A DNA stretch of 38,281 bases, taken from a virus (taxonomy: Duplodnaviria > Heunggongvirae > Uroviricota > Caudoviricetes). The DNA is taken from positions 1 through 38,281 of the IMG/VR virus record IMGVR_UViG_2737471992_000010. The stretch is one strand, 5' to 3'. The notes below the pieces were generated by a model. The model was given only the letters and a program-made list of their open reading frames with translations. It was not told where the DNA came from and ran no database searches. Made by a program: the position numbers and the translations under genes. Positions 1-7,868 of the stretch are shown here, one piece after another (the first letter of the stretch is position 1; every line of letters begins with the position of its first letter).

Positions 1-516
1 ATGAAATTTAAAAAATGTCTTCTGCCTGTGGCAATGTTAGCGTCATTCACTCTGGCAGGATGCCAGTCAAATGCTGATGATCATGCCGCCGATGTTTATC
101 AAACCGATCAACTGAATACCAAACAAGAAACTAAAACCGTTAATATTATTTCCATTCTTCCCGCAAAAGTTGCCGTAGACAACGCCCAAAATAAACGGAA
201 CGCACAAGCCTTCGGCGCGCTTATTGGCGCTGTCGCTGGCGGTGTTATCGGCCACAACGTCGGGTCTGGCAGCAATTCCGGAACGACGGCAGGTGCAGTT
301 GGCGGCGGAGCTGTAGGCGCGGCAGCGGGTTCTATGGTGAATGATAAAACCTTAGTGGAAGGTGTTTCTTTAACATATAAGGAAGGCACCAAAGTGTATA
401 CCTCCACCCAAGTGGGTAAAGAGTGCCAGTTTACGACAGGTTTAGCCGTTGTTATTACCACGACGTATAACGAAACGCGTATTCAGCCAAATACCAAATG
501 TCCTGAAAAGAGCTAA
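1..516 (+). CDS. Lipoprotein with glycine-zipper region (SlyB/Pcp-like); probable host flank
   Basis: 171 aa ORF; N-terminal signal peptide ending in lipobox LAGC; Gly/Ala-rich stretch GALIGAVAGGVIGHNVG...GGGAVGAAAG typical of glycine-zipper outer membrane lipoproteins; TAA stop at 514-516. Confidence 0.6.
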   Translation: MKFKKCLLPVAMLASFTLAGCQSNADDHAADVYQTDQLNTKQETKTVNIISILPAKVAVDNAQNKRNAQAFGALIGAVAGGVIGHNVGSGSNSGTTAGAVGGGAVGAAAGSMVNDKTLVEGVSLTYKEGTKVYTSTQVGKECQFTTGLAVVITTTYNETRIQPNTKCPEKS

Positions 517-531
517 TAATCAGGAGGAGTC

Positions 532-1071
532 ATGAAGAAAGTTTTTCTTTGCGCCATCTTAGCCTCCTTAAGCTATCCGGCTATCGCCTCATCATTGCAG
601 GATCAACTCTCGGCTGTCGCAGAAGCGGAACAGCAAGGTAAAAATGAAGAGCAAAGGCAGCATGACGAATGGGTCGCGGAGCGCAACAGGGAAATCCAGC
701 AAGAGAAGCAACGTCGCGCAAACGCCCAGGCCGCGGCTAATAAAAGAGCGGCAACGGCAGCAGCGAATAAGAAAGCTCGTCAGGATAAACTGGACGCCGA
801 AGCCACTGCGGACAAAAAACGCGATCAAAGTTATGAAGATGAGCTACGTAGCTTAGAGATTCAGAAACAAAAACTGGCGCTGGCGAAAGAAGAAGCCCGC
901 GTTAAGCGCGAAAACGAATTTATCGATCAGGAACTGAAGCACAAAGCTGCGCAAACCGATGTGGTGCAATCTGAAGCTGACGCAAACAGAAATATGACTG
1001 AAGGCGGTCGCGATCTGATGAAAAGCGTGGGTAAAGCAGAAGAGAATAAATCAGATAGCTGGTTTAACTAA
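532..1071 (+). CDS. Secreted charged coiled-coil protein of unknown function
   Basis: 179 aa ORF; AGGAGG-like RBS (caggaggagtc) just upstream of ATG; signal peptide MKKVFLCAILASLSYPAIASS; remainder Lys/Glu/Ala/Gln-rich. Confidence 0.55.
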   Translation: MKKVFLCAILASLSYPAIASSLQDQLSAVAEAEQQGKNEEQRQHDEWVAERNREIQQEKQRRANAQAAANKRAATAAANKKARQDKLDAEATADKKRDQSYEDELRSLEIQKQKLALAKEEARVKRENEFIDQELKHKAAQTDVVQSEADANRNMTEGGRDLMKSVGKAEENKSDSWFN

Positions 1072-1115
1072 ACGATGTTAGTAACTTCAAACCTATAATT
1101 CTTTAGGATAAAAAA

Positions 1116-1139
1116 CCCTCTGTAGTAACAGAGGGTTTT
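1116..1139 (+). terminator. Rho-independent terminator after the two plus-strand flank genes
   Basis: Stem CCCTCTG / CAGAGGG around a short loop, followed by TTTT; preceded by AAAAA so it may act in both directions. Confidence 0.6.
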
Positions 1140-1288
1140 GTTCATTCATAGTGCAGGGTCAAATCATTCCCACTCAATTATTTACGGATACCATAACCAA
1201 TTGAGTGATAACACTTTTCCAAATCTCAATTTTCCTCGTACCGTTTTATATACCGTCACAGGAAATCAGTACCATGAAAAATGCTATG

Positions 1289-1771
1289 CTATCTGGTCAG
1301 GGTGTCATACTGTTTTTCGCAGACTCTTCCGGCTGCGGCTGCCCGGTCAGCATACTCTGCCAGTTGTCTGTTTCTCTCGAGAGATTTGCTGAGCACGTCG
1401 GCAAGCAAAACTCCGGTGTCTGCGGCTGACGTCCCAGCGCCGACAATGGCGTTATACTGCCTGAGCTGCTCACGGATGGCAAAGAGTTGTTGCTGCAACC
1501 TGCCAGCGCGAGCGGCAGCATCAAGAGCATCATTGCGCGCCTGGTCGATCCTCTGCTGAGCTTCACGTTCATTGGTCGCTTTCTCCTGTTCGTAGTGCTG
1601 ACGAACTCTCTCATCTTCAGCTTTGCGGTCTTCCTTCGCCTGCGCATACCCGGCATCGTACTGGCGACTGCCGTGTATATTCCAGGCAACCACTCCGACG
1701 ATGAACAGAGCAGCAAGCATCAACACAATAAGCATCTGTTTCCAATATGCTTTTACGAATGCCCAGATCAT
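1289..1771 (-). CDS. Rz-like i-spanin
   Basis: 160 aa; N-terminal transmembrane segment (LIVLMLAALFIVGVVAW) then charged coiled-coil periplasmic domain; start overlaps the endolysin stop; contains an embedded +1 frame lipoprotein ORF. Confidence 0.7.
   Translation of the reverse strand: MIWAFVKAYWKQMLIVLMLAALFIVGVVAWNIHGSRQYDAGYAQAKEDRKAEDERVRQHYEQEKATNEREAQQRIDQARNDALDAAARAGRLQQQLFAIREQLRQYNAIVGAGTSAADTGVLLADVLSKSLERNRQLAEYADRAAAAGRVCEKQYDTLTR
1297..1533 (-). CDS. Rz1-like o-spanin embedded in Rz in another frame
   Basis: Internal Met of ORF 1297..1716 gives about 78 aa beginning MMLLMLPLALAGC (lipobox LAGC) with a Pro-rich mature part; exact start uncertain (1533 or 1572). Confidence 0.55.
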   Translation of the reverse strand: MMLLMLPLALAGCSNNSLPSVSSSGSITPLSALGRQPQTPEFCLPTCSANLSRETDNWQSMLTGQPQPEESAKNSMTP

Positions 1772-2397
1772 ATAGCCAGCACCTTACTGGCAGTGACGTA
1801 CCGCGCGCGCCGGTCGTCGATGCCGTTCCGGCCACCATTGATAATCAGAGTTACACGTGCAATATCGCCGGTATACTTCATGCATCCTTTGCTGGCAAAG
1901 AACCACGCCGCGCTACGAGCCGCGTATTCGTCCTGCGCCAGCAGTTCAGGACTCTCCAGCAGGTCAACCTTAAGACCGTTTCCACAGTCACGATAGTTAT
2001 TCAAACCGGTAATCTGGATAAGTCCGCGACCACGGTAATTCCAGCCATCACCAGAGGCATTGTTACCCATGCGTTTGCTGTACACCAGATTTGCGATCGC
2101 GCGCTGGCGCTCGAGTGGCAATGGTGGCTCACCAGCACGGCGGCCCAGTGCGTTAGCCTGTCCCTGGGTGAGACGCCCAGCCCGAACGAAGTTAGCCAGT
2201 CCGGTGACGCTGTAGTTGAAATTTTCCTGCAACCGGTTGAAGCCACCAGACTCATGCCCGACCTGAGCAATAAACATTGCCTGATCTTCGGGTTTGCTGA
2301 TACCAAACTCTTTCATCGCAGAAGTTATATGCGAGAACCAGCGTGCGGCCAGCGCCTCGCTAATACCAGCAGCTCGCTGGAATTGTTTAATCTCCAT
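1768..2397 (-). CDS. Endolysin, glycoside hydrolase family 19 (chitinase-like) type
   Basis: 210 aa from the internal Met MEIKQFQRAAGIS; motifs QVGHESGGF, NYRGRGLIQITG, INGG.NG match GH19 phage endolysins; GAGG RBS upstream of ATG at 2397; the longer track ORF to 2628 looks like a spurious N-terminal extension. Confidence 0.85.
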   Translation of the reverse strand: MEIKQFQRAAGISEALAARWFSHITSAMKEFGISKPEDQAMFIAQVGHESGGFNRLQENFNYSVTGLANFVRAGRLTQGQANALGRRAGEPPLPLERQRAIANLVYSKRMGNNASGDGWNYRGRGLIQITGLNNYRDCGNGLKVDLLESPELLAQDEYAARSAAWFFASKGCMKYTGDIARVTLIINGGRNGIDDRRARYVTASKVLAI

Positions 2398-2695
2398 GTT
2401 TAGACCTCGATATTTTGAAAATATGAACAACGTTACCGCGTGTTTTAATAACCGCGGCAAGCATGACAGCGTTGATAATGACCTCAGATAAATCCACAGC
2501 CATTGGCGTGCGTAACCAGATTGCATAGACGACACGAACAGGAATACTTGCCGCAGCAACAATAAGGAAATAAGCAAGCCACCCTCCCCATCTTCGATGT
2601 TGAGAGCCGTTACGCCGGAATGTGACAACGCGAATTGCTATGCCAGTACAAATAACTGCATTGGTGATAAGCAAAAAAAACTCATGCGTTACCAT
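2387..2695 (-). CDS. Small membrane protein within the lysis cassette (holin or antiholin-like)
   Basis: 102 aa with 2-3 hydrophobic segments; GGAG RBS upstream; overlaps the holin stop and the endolysin start. Confidence 0.45.
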   Translation of the reverse strand: MVTHEFFLLITNAVICTGIAIRVVTFRRNGSQHRRWGGWLAYFLIVAAASIPVRVVYAIWLRTPMAVDLSEVIINAVMLAAVIKTRGNVVHIFKISRSKHGD

Positions 2696-3086
2696 CGTCT
2701 TTTCTCCCCGGAATTAACTCGCGTGGATTATCGGAACGGTGATAGAGCCAGATGCCAATACGCACGGCGACAATTGCTGACACGAATGCGCCTGCAGAGA
2801 AAACAATCCCTTTTTCAAAAGAGTCCTGCGTGATGGTAGGGATCAGGCTGGCTATGCCGATAAGAATTGATGCTGCTGGTTTGTAAAAGAGAAGGCCGCA
2901 AAGAAAGCTGAGCATCGACAGGAGCACCCGGCGACGGATGGGGTACTCTACTGCAGAGGTAACAAAAATTACCGCCCCAGCCAAAGCCCCTAAAGCAACC
3001 TCCGGAGGGACACCTGCAATAACCGCAGCAAGAGAACTAACACTAAGCCACTGATTTGAAGTTTCATTGGTTAGTTGGAATGACAT
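2682..3086 (-). CDS. Putative holin
   Basis: 134 aa, three predicted transmembrane segments, first gene of the lysis cassette directly downstream of the tail fiber gene. Confidence 0.55.
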   Translation of the reverse strand: MSFQLTNETSNQWLSVSSLAAVIAGVPPEVALGALAGAVIFVTSAVEYPIRRRVLLSMLSFLCGLLFYKPAASILIGIASLIPTITQDSFEKGIVFSAGAFVSAIVAVRIGIWLYHRSDNPRELIPGRKDDGNA

Positions 3087-3158
3087 AACGAAACCCGTTT
3101 ATTTGCAAACACCCTGCTTCAGGAAAAGTATACCGCGCAACAACACACCATTTACGGT

Positions 3159-5621
3159 TCAATTCCCTGTTAATTGCAAAACTTGCTCTTCCAGCTTTTT
3201 AACCCTGCGTCTCATCATCGCAGATTCCAGAATCAGAGCCTCTTCATAACGGATACCGTAACATTCACCAGCCTCGACGGCTTCGCGTACCAGAACCTTT
3301 GTCTGTATAAGTGGGTAAACTCCTGCAGAATGCTCTTCTTCCGTCACATCCCTGTATTCTGCCGGGGTCTCATTCCACTTGTCATAACAGATAAATGCCA
3401 GTCGTGACACATCTATGCCTTCATTCTGAAATACACTGATAACATGCTGCGCAACTGCACCAAAGTGCCATCTTGCTCCGTCTTTACCTTTCACTTCGAT
3501 CCTGTCAAGGTACTGGTATGAAACCCATTCCACTCTTTCCCATGCGTCCAGTATTTTCTCATCAATAACCTCTGGAGCAGTCTTGAAACGCGCATCGGAC
3601 AGCACCGTAAACGCTGACTGGGTAAATCCCCCCGACCATGCACGACCAGCCAACCCAAGAGAATAAGTATTCGTTGTCGATGGTGTCATGGCTGAATCAG
3701 AAAACTGTATATATTCTGAATTTCCAGTAGATATTCGAATATTTCCATTTATTAGCGACATAGTGCCTTTAGTATTATCACTATTGAATAATTTCAATTG
3801 CGAACTTATACCGCCTCCCACAGCCAGAGATACATCGCCTTCAGCAAGCATTCTGAATTTATCTGCAGAAACAAGCGTCTGGTTAGCAAGGTTAAAATAT
3901 TTAACCCACCATTCAAAACGCCCTGACATAGTCCCAACGTACTGACCAAGCGCAGGGACGTGAACAACATTGCTATTTGTAGTGCCGTCTATACTGGAAA
4001 TACCAGTCACCGCTGATGCAGAACTCAGAATATTATTTCTGTCACCCGGATGTTTAATTTCAACAAAGTTCCTGATACACCCTTCCTCGAAGGTAACCAC
4101 GCCGGAAGAACTATACATGGGGAATATTGACGCATAATTACTGCGTGCAGCATCTAAGAAACGAATGGTTGTAGATGTCTGCAGATCTCCTGATTCATTT
4201 TTCCCATCACACCCAGTCATTAGAATATTACTGGCAATATTATTATTTCCCTGAACGGTGACTCCGTGCGCCTGCTTTGCGTCCGATTCAGAGTAATCAA
4301 CCAGCACATTCGAAATCAGGTTACCAGTCCCCTTGCCAACAACTACTGCGGCGTATTTTGGGTTGTTAGCCATTACACTGCTAATGATATTATTCGTTGG
4401 GGCAGTTTCCGTCTCAGTTCCATTGTAAACAACGTGCTGACACTCTTCACCAATAACATTGCTGACAATGTTATATTTTGCTGCTGTTTTAAGTTCCACT
4501 GCACCAAACTGAGGATAATTTCTGGCTATCACACCATCAATTAGCGTATTTTGCGATGAATCAAAAAGCACACAACCTGCTTTTTTATTATTTGCGAACC
4601 CTAAATACTCTCCTCTTATATCTCTAACAATGTAACCTGACGGAATACCATTATTCGGATAAGCGATCAAGCTAAATCCTGTTCCTCGCGTATTTGTAAA
4701 TCTGATATTTTTAACCGATACATCATGGCCACCTGAAAATGACACCTGGTGTCCCTGCACACTATCATCTGATTTATTTCCCATAATTGTTAGCGTACTA
4801 AGCATGCCACCATCGGGCATGTTAAAAACCAGATGATTACCATCTCTGTCATACTGTTTTATCGTTCCCCCACCTGTTCCGTACAAGCCACAACGTGAAA
4901 GAGAAACTAAAGATGTATTGAATACCCCTTCCGGAACAAAAACACTGCTAAACGAATGTAATGATTTTGTAAAAGCATCCTTGTTATCATTTAAGATTCC
5001 ATTTTGAGCTCCAAAATCCTTAATGCTGACACCATCACGCATCTTATCCTGGAACGTTCTGTATACCGCTCCAGAACCATACTGAATAAACCAACCAAAA
5101 CCACCAATAACTCCGGCGATTGCAGCATCGACATAATTACGCATTGAGCGATTATTTACAGCGTCCTGCTCAAGTGATGGATCGGCAAGGTTAGATATTC
5201 TGTTTTGCTTTGCATCGTAATATTTTGCAAGCAAAGATGGTTTCATCAATGCACGTCTGAACCACCCAAAACATCGCTGGATCAGCATCGTCAGGTAGTC
5301 AAATGCATCCTCATGAACTTCGGGGAAAAATTTTCCCTGATTGCGAAGATCAGTCTCCTGCACCACATCAAGCACACGCTCTATCGTGATTCGCCAGCCA
5401 GCAGCAAGCGGCGACGGAAGAACCACTGCACCGCCACTATAAGTTCCCGCCCCTGTTACCGTATAACCAGCATCCAGCACTAGTTTTGTAACGTTACCGT
5501 TAAGGTCAGACACCTGAACAACCAGGTCGGATTTTTTGAAAATACGGAAGGTATACGGAAATGATGTCGTAACGCCGTTACCTGTGTATTCGTTGTGGTC
5601 AACTTCGGTTGAGACCGTCAT
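3159..5621 (-). CDS. Tail fiber/tailspike: T7 gp17-like N-terminal adaptor, beta-helix (depolymerase-like) body, C-terminal self-cleaving intramolecular chaperone (peptidase S74-like)
   Basis: 820 aa; N-terminus EYTGNGVTTSFPYTFRIF...LVVQV resembles the T7 tail fibre N-terminal domain; central Gly/Asn/Ser-rich repeats typical of right-handed beta-helix; C-terminal segment with SDARFK motif and coiled-coil tail characteristic of the endosialidase-type chaperone domain. Confidence 0.85.
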   Translation of the reverse strand: MTVSTEVDHNEYTGNGVTTSFPYTFRIFKKSDLVVQVSDLNGNVTKLVLDAGYTVTGAGTYSGGAVVLPSPLAAGWRITIERVLDVVQETDLRNQGKFFPEVHEDAFDYLTMLIQRCFGWFRRALMKPSLLAKYYDAKQNRISNLADPSLEQDAVNNRSMRNYVDAAIAGVIGGFGWFIQYGSGAVYRTFQDKMRDGVSIKDFGAQNGILNDNKDAFTKSLHSFSSVFVPEGVFNTSLVSLSRCGLYGTGGGTIKQYDRDGNHLVFNMPDGGMLSTLTIMGNKSDDSVQGHQVSFSGGHDVSVKNIRFTNTRGTGFSLIAYPNNGIPSGYIVRDIRGEYLGFANNKKAGCVLFDSSQNTLIDGVIARNYPQFGAVELKTAAKYNIVSNVIGEECQHVVYNGTETETAPTNNIISSVMANNPKYAAVVVGKGTGNLISNVLVDYSESDAKQAHGVTVQGNNNIASNILMTGCDGKNESGDLQTSTTIRFLDAARSNYASIFPMYSSSGVVTFEEGCIRNFVEIKHPGDRNNILSSASAVTGISSIDGTTNSNVVHVPALGQYVGTMSGRFEWWVKYFNLANQTLVSADKFRMLAEGDVSLAVGGGISSQLKLFNSDNTKGTMSLINGNIRISTGNSEYIQFSDSAMTPSTTNTYSLGLAGRAWSGGFTQSAFTVLSDARFKTAPEVIDEKILDAWERVEWVSYQYLDRIEVKGKDGARWHFGAVAQHVISVFQNEGIDVSRLAFICYDKWNETPAEYRDVTEEEHSAGVYPLIQTKVLVREAVEAGECYGIRYEEALILESAMMRRRVKKLEEQVLQLTGN

Positions 5622-5724
5622 GTTAAATCTCCAGATAGTCGCAGCACCCGTTGCGCCGCATATCTGGTTATTCTATTACCTGAAAAACCATATATGGATA
5701 AAAAGACTATAAATACCAATAGAT

Positions 5725-5741
5725 ATTACCTTTCGGGTAAT
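5725..5741. promoter_or_regulatory. 17-bp palindromic operator-like site ATTACC-TTTCG-GGTAAT
   Basis: Perfect inverted repeat in the divergent region between the tail fiber start (5621) and the small antirepressor-like gene (5817). Confidence 0.6.
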
Positions 5742-5779
5742 TTGCAAAACGTGCTGGATAGCAAACAAATTATTTGTTA

Positions 5780-5795
5780 CTGTATAAACATACAG
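5780..5795. promoter_or_regulatory. LexA (SOS) box CTGT-N8-ACAG
   Basis: Sequence tacTGTATAAACATACAGtt: perfect CTGT / ACAG half-sites with an AT-rich 8-nt spacer, 22 nt upstream of the ATG at 5817 and overlapping a TATAAA -10-like hexamer. Confidence 0.65.
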
Positions 5796-5816
5796 TTATT
5801 GCATGGAGAAGATAAG

Positions 5817-6074
5817 ATGCAGCAGTATCACTATCCACTGGAAGACGGATTTACCGAAAGGATTCACACGCCGGGAGGCGTCAGGTCACTGGTGGAGGGA
5901 TCGCACTTGATGAAATTACTCCGGGATCTCGATAAGGATGGATTTAATGTCGATGGCCCACTTGCCGAACTGACTGCACTGATTAACTACGTCACCAGCT
6001 CACAGATGTCTATGCGGGATCTGCAAACACATCTCGACTATTGTGCCGAACAATTACGAAAACAAACCAGATAA
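5817..6074 (+). CDS. Small protein paralogous to the C-terminal domain of the antirepressor (candidate LexA-controlled antirepressor)
   Basis: 85 aa from the internal ATG with GGAGAA RBS; aligns with residues about 140-218 of the 6392..7048 product (PLEDGF.ERIHTPGGV..L.EGSHLM.LL..L...G..V.G..AELT....Y). The track ORF from 5694 is an upstream extension without RBS. Confidence 0.6.
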   Translation: MQQYHYPLEDGFTERIHTPGGVRSLVEGSHLMKLLRDLDKDGFNVDGPLAELTALINYVTSSQMSMRDLQTHLDYCAEQLRKQTR

Positions 6075-6104
6075 GGTTTGCAATTACCAAATGGAGTGCT
6101 TATA

Positions 6105-6121
6105 TTTACCTTTGCGGTAAA
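6105..6121. promoter_or_regulatory. 17-bp palindromic operator-like site TTTACC-TTTGC-GGTAAA
   Basis: Perfect inverted repeat, itself nested inside a longer inverted repeat GGAGTGC (6093-6099) / GCACTCC (6130-6136). Confidence 0.55.
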
Positions 6122-6211
6122 TTTACATCGCACTCCTCTTGTGCCATAGTAATCGGGCACTGGCAAAATCCAGTGCCGGGATTGGTCTCCCGGATTACTA
6201 AGTGGCGCATA

Positions 6212-6233
6212 CCACGCCAGACGTGGTTTTTTT
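6212..6233 (+). terminator. Weak terminator-like hairpin plus U-tract
   Basis: CCACG-CCAGA-CGTGG followed by seven T; lies downstream of GC-rich hairpins at 6156-6193. Confidence 0.35.
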
Positions 6234-6391
6234 ATGCGTATAGCACAGTCATGCCAGAATTATGGTGGGCTGAATGGGGGTCCGAAAGGACGCCGGTACC
6301 ACTTAGGCCGGTAAGACCAACTCCGTTCAGTTCACCACCATCTGATTGGTCTCAGCGGTGGTGATGTAATTCGCTAAGTGGAGACGCCATC

Positions 6392-7048
6392 ATGAACGCT
6401 CAACTCATCCCCGTATTCAACGGCACTATATCTAACGAAACAGCCCTACTTTGTAATGCCCGCGATCTGCACGCTTTTTTAGGTGTTAAAAAGGTGTTTG
6501 CAGCATGGATTACAAATCGCATATCAGAATACGAATTCATTGAAAATCAAGACTATATTTTGCTTTCCAATTTGGGAAAGCAAACATCTGGTAGAGGCGG
6601 CCACAACCGCAAAGAGTACCACCTCACCCTTGATACAGCCAAAGAGCTGGCGATGGTCGAGCGTAACGAAAAAGGTCGTCAGGTGCGACGCTACTTCATT
6701 GAATGCGAGAAACGTTTAAGACAACAAGAAACAAAAGTGGAGAAGGTCTTGTCAGGCTTCATGCCCGCCATTATGGAGGCGATCAAGCTGGAAGACAAAA
6801 AAGAATACAGCGCCCCACTGAAGCCCGGCTACCGCAGCCTGATTCATTCTCCGTCTGGTGTTCTCGGCCTGACGGAGAACTCACTGCTGATGAATCTGCT
6901 GAACAAGTTACAGGAAGACGGGCACGATGTATCGGGCGCGGCAGCGGAGCTGACCACCATGTTCTGCTACATCGTCGGTGTGAGCAAATGCCTGCGTGAT
7001 ATCCAGACCCACGCGGAGTACATCAACGACAAGGCAGGGTTCTTCTGA
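6392..7048 (+). CDS. Antirepressor (AntA-type N-terminal domain plus C-terminal domain)
   Basis: 218 aa; N-terminal region (VFNGT...[29 protein letters not shown]) resembles AntA/AntB antirepressor domains; GGAG RBS 10 nt upstream. Confidence 0.75.
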   Translation: MNAQLIPVFNGTISNETALLCNARDLHAFLGVKKVFAAWITNRISEYEFIENQDYILLSNLGKQTSGRGGHNRKEYHLTLDTAKELAMVERNEKGRQVRRYFIECEKRLRQQETKVEKVLSGFMPAIMEAIKLEDKKEYSAPLKPGYRSLIHSPSGVLGLTENSLLMNLLNKLQEDGHDVSGAAAELTTMFCYIVGVSKCLRDIQTHAEYINDKAGFF

Positions 7049-7119
7049 CGGGCGGTGGCACAGGGATGTGCCTTTAAATAATTCTGTACAGATTGCAGAC
7101 TGTGGGTGAATAGCGTACT

Positions 7120-7136
7120 ATTACCTTAAAGGTAAA
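7120..7136. promoter_or_regulatory. 17-bp palindromic operator-like site ATTACC-TTAAA-GGTAAA abutting the RBS of the 7148 gene
   Basis: Inverted repeat whose right edge overlaps the AGGAGG RBS (7136-7141) of the ORF starting at 7148. Confidence 0.55.
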
Positions 7137-7147
7137 GGAGGCGCGAT

Positions 7148-7312
7148 ATGACAGCGTTGAAAAATCGTACTCAGCACAATGAACAAGCAAAGCAATGCTG
7201 GGATGTCATTGGAAAAGTTATGCTTGGCCGCGCAAGCAAAGAGCGCGACAAGGATATGGTTTACCAGACAGGAACATCTTTCAGCGACTTCAAGGCGGCA
7301 TTTCGCTCCAAA
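7148..7312 (+). CDS. Small basic protein (55 aa), unknown function; not in the supplied ORF track
   Basis: ATG at 7148 preceded by AGGAGG at 6-nt spacing; translation MTALKNRTQHNEQAKQCWDVIGKVMLGRASKERDKDMVYQTGTSFSDFKAAFRSK; stop TAG at 7310-7312. Confidence 0.45.
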
Positions 7313-7335
7313 TAGAAGCACATCAGGAGTTTTCC

Positions 7336-7776
7336 TTGAAGTTTAACATTAGAATATCTAATAGTTTTCTACATGGGGAAAGCAACACCCCTTTCGCTGT
7401 AGACGGACCTTTCCTTACTGATGATGAAATAAAAATCATACAAAGTTTTTTAGAGGATGTTGCCAATGGAAGGGCGCTTGTTGGAAAAAACAAGCCCTCG
7501 TGGGTTGATGATAACCATGATAAAATTCCCGGCTCAGACAATTATGAGCAAGAGAATTATTGGCATTATCATTGTGGGCCAACATGGTATCCAAACACAT
7601 TTAAGAATTATACCATTAACTTAAATTTCAACCCTGGCGGAAGGCATTCTAATGAATGCATTCATTATGCAAAAAATGATAATGAAATTGTCATTGTTGG
7701 ATTTTCAAGAGAACACATACCTTTCCTTTCATCAGATGGAAACAACAATCCGCTTTTTAATGATGAAGAAGAATAG
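7336..7776 (+). CDS. AT-rich accessory gene of unknown function, about 146 aa, probable TTG start
   Basis: Long ORF with visibly lower GC than its surroundings; no in-frame ATG after 7195; AGGAG RBS (7325-7329) 6 nt before TTG 7336; acidic C-terminus NDEEE; followed by a strong terminator. Confidence 0.5.
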   Translation: MKFNIRISNSFLHGESNTPFAVDGPFLTDDEIKIIQSFLEDVANGRALVGKNKPSWVDDNHDKIPGSDNYEQENYWHYHCGPTWYPNTFKNYTINLNFNPGGRHSNECIHYAKNDNEIVIVGFSREHIPFLSSDGNNNPLFNDEEE

Positions 7777-7796
7777 CCCGCGCTGCGGGCTTTTTT
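7776..7796 (+). terminator. Rho-independent terminator
   Basis: GCCCGC-GCT-GCGGGC stem-loop immediately followed by TTTTTT. Confidence 0.65.
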
Positions 7797-7868
7797 GTGG
7801 ACGAAACAAAAGTCAGTGCTACACTCATTGACGCCACATTGAGGTGGCTTATAGATGGAAATTTCACA

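Noticed and set aside
1768-2628. 286-aa version of the endolysin ORF
   Set aside because: The conserved GH19 sequence begins at the internal Met (2397) which has a GAGG RBS; the upstream 77 codons overlap the preceding lysis gene.
6181-6362. Direct repeat GATTGGTCTC at about 6182 and 6353
   Set aside because: A single 10-mer pair; hundreds of such pairs are expected by chance in 38 kb.
6041-6364. 107-aa plus-strand ORF between the two antirepressor genes
   Set aside because: No RBS, low-complexity translation, and it runs through the operator palindrome, hairpins and terminator-like structure; treated as non-coding.
7084-7099. LexA-box-like sequence CTGTACAGATTGCAGA upstream of the 7148 gene
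   Set aside because: Right half-site is CAGA not ACAG, so it does not fit CTGT-N8-ACAG.
7195-7335. ATG 7195 as start of a 193-aa ORF (track ORF 7195..7776)
   Set aside because: No RBS, N-terminal 47 aa are Trp/Arg-rich and overlap the better-supported 55-aa gene out of frame; a TTG at 7336 with AGGAG RBS marks the start of the AT-rich segment.
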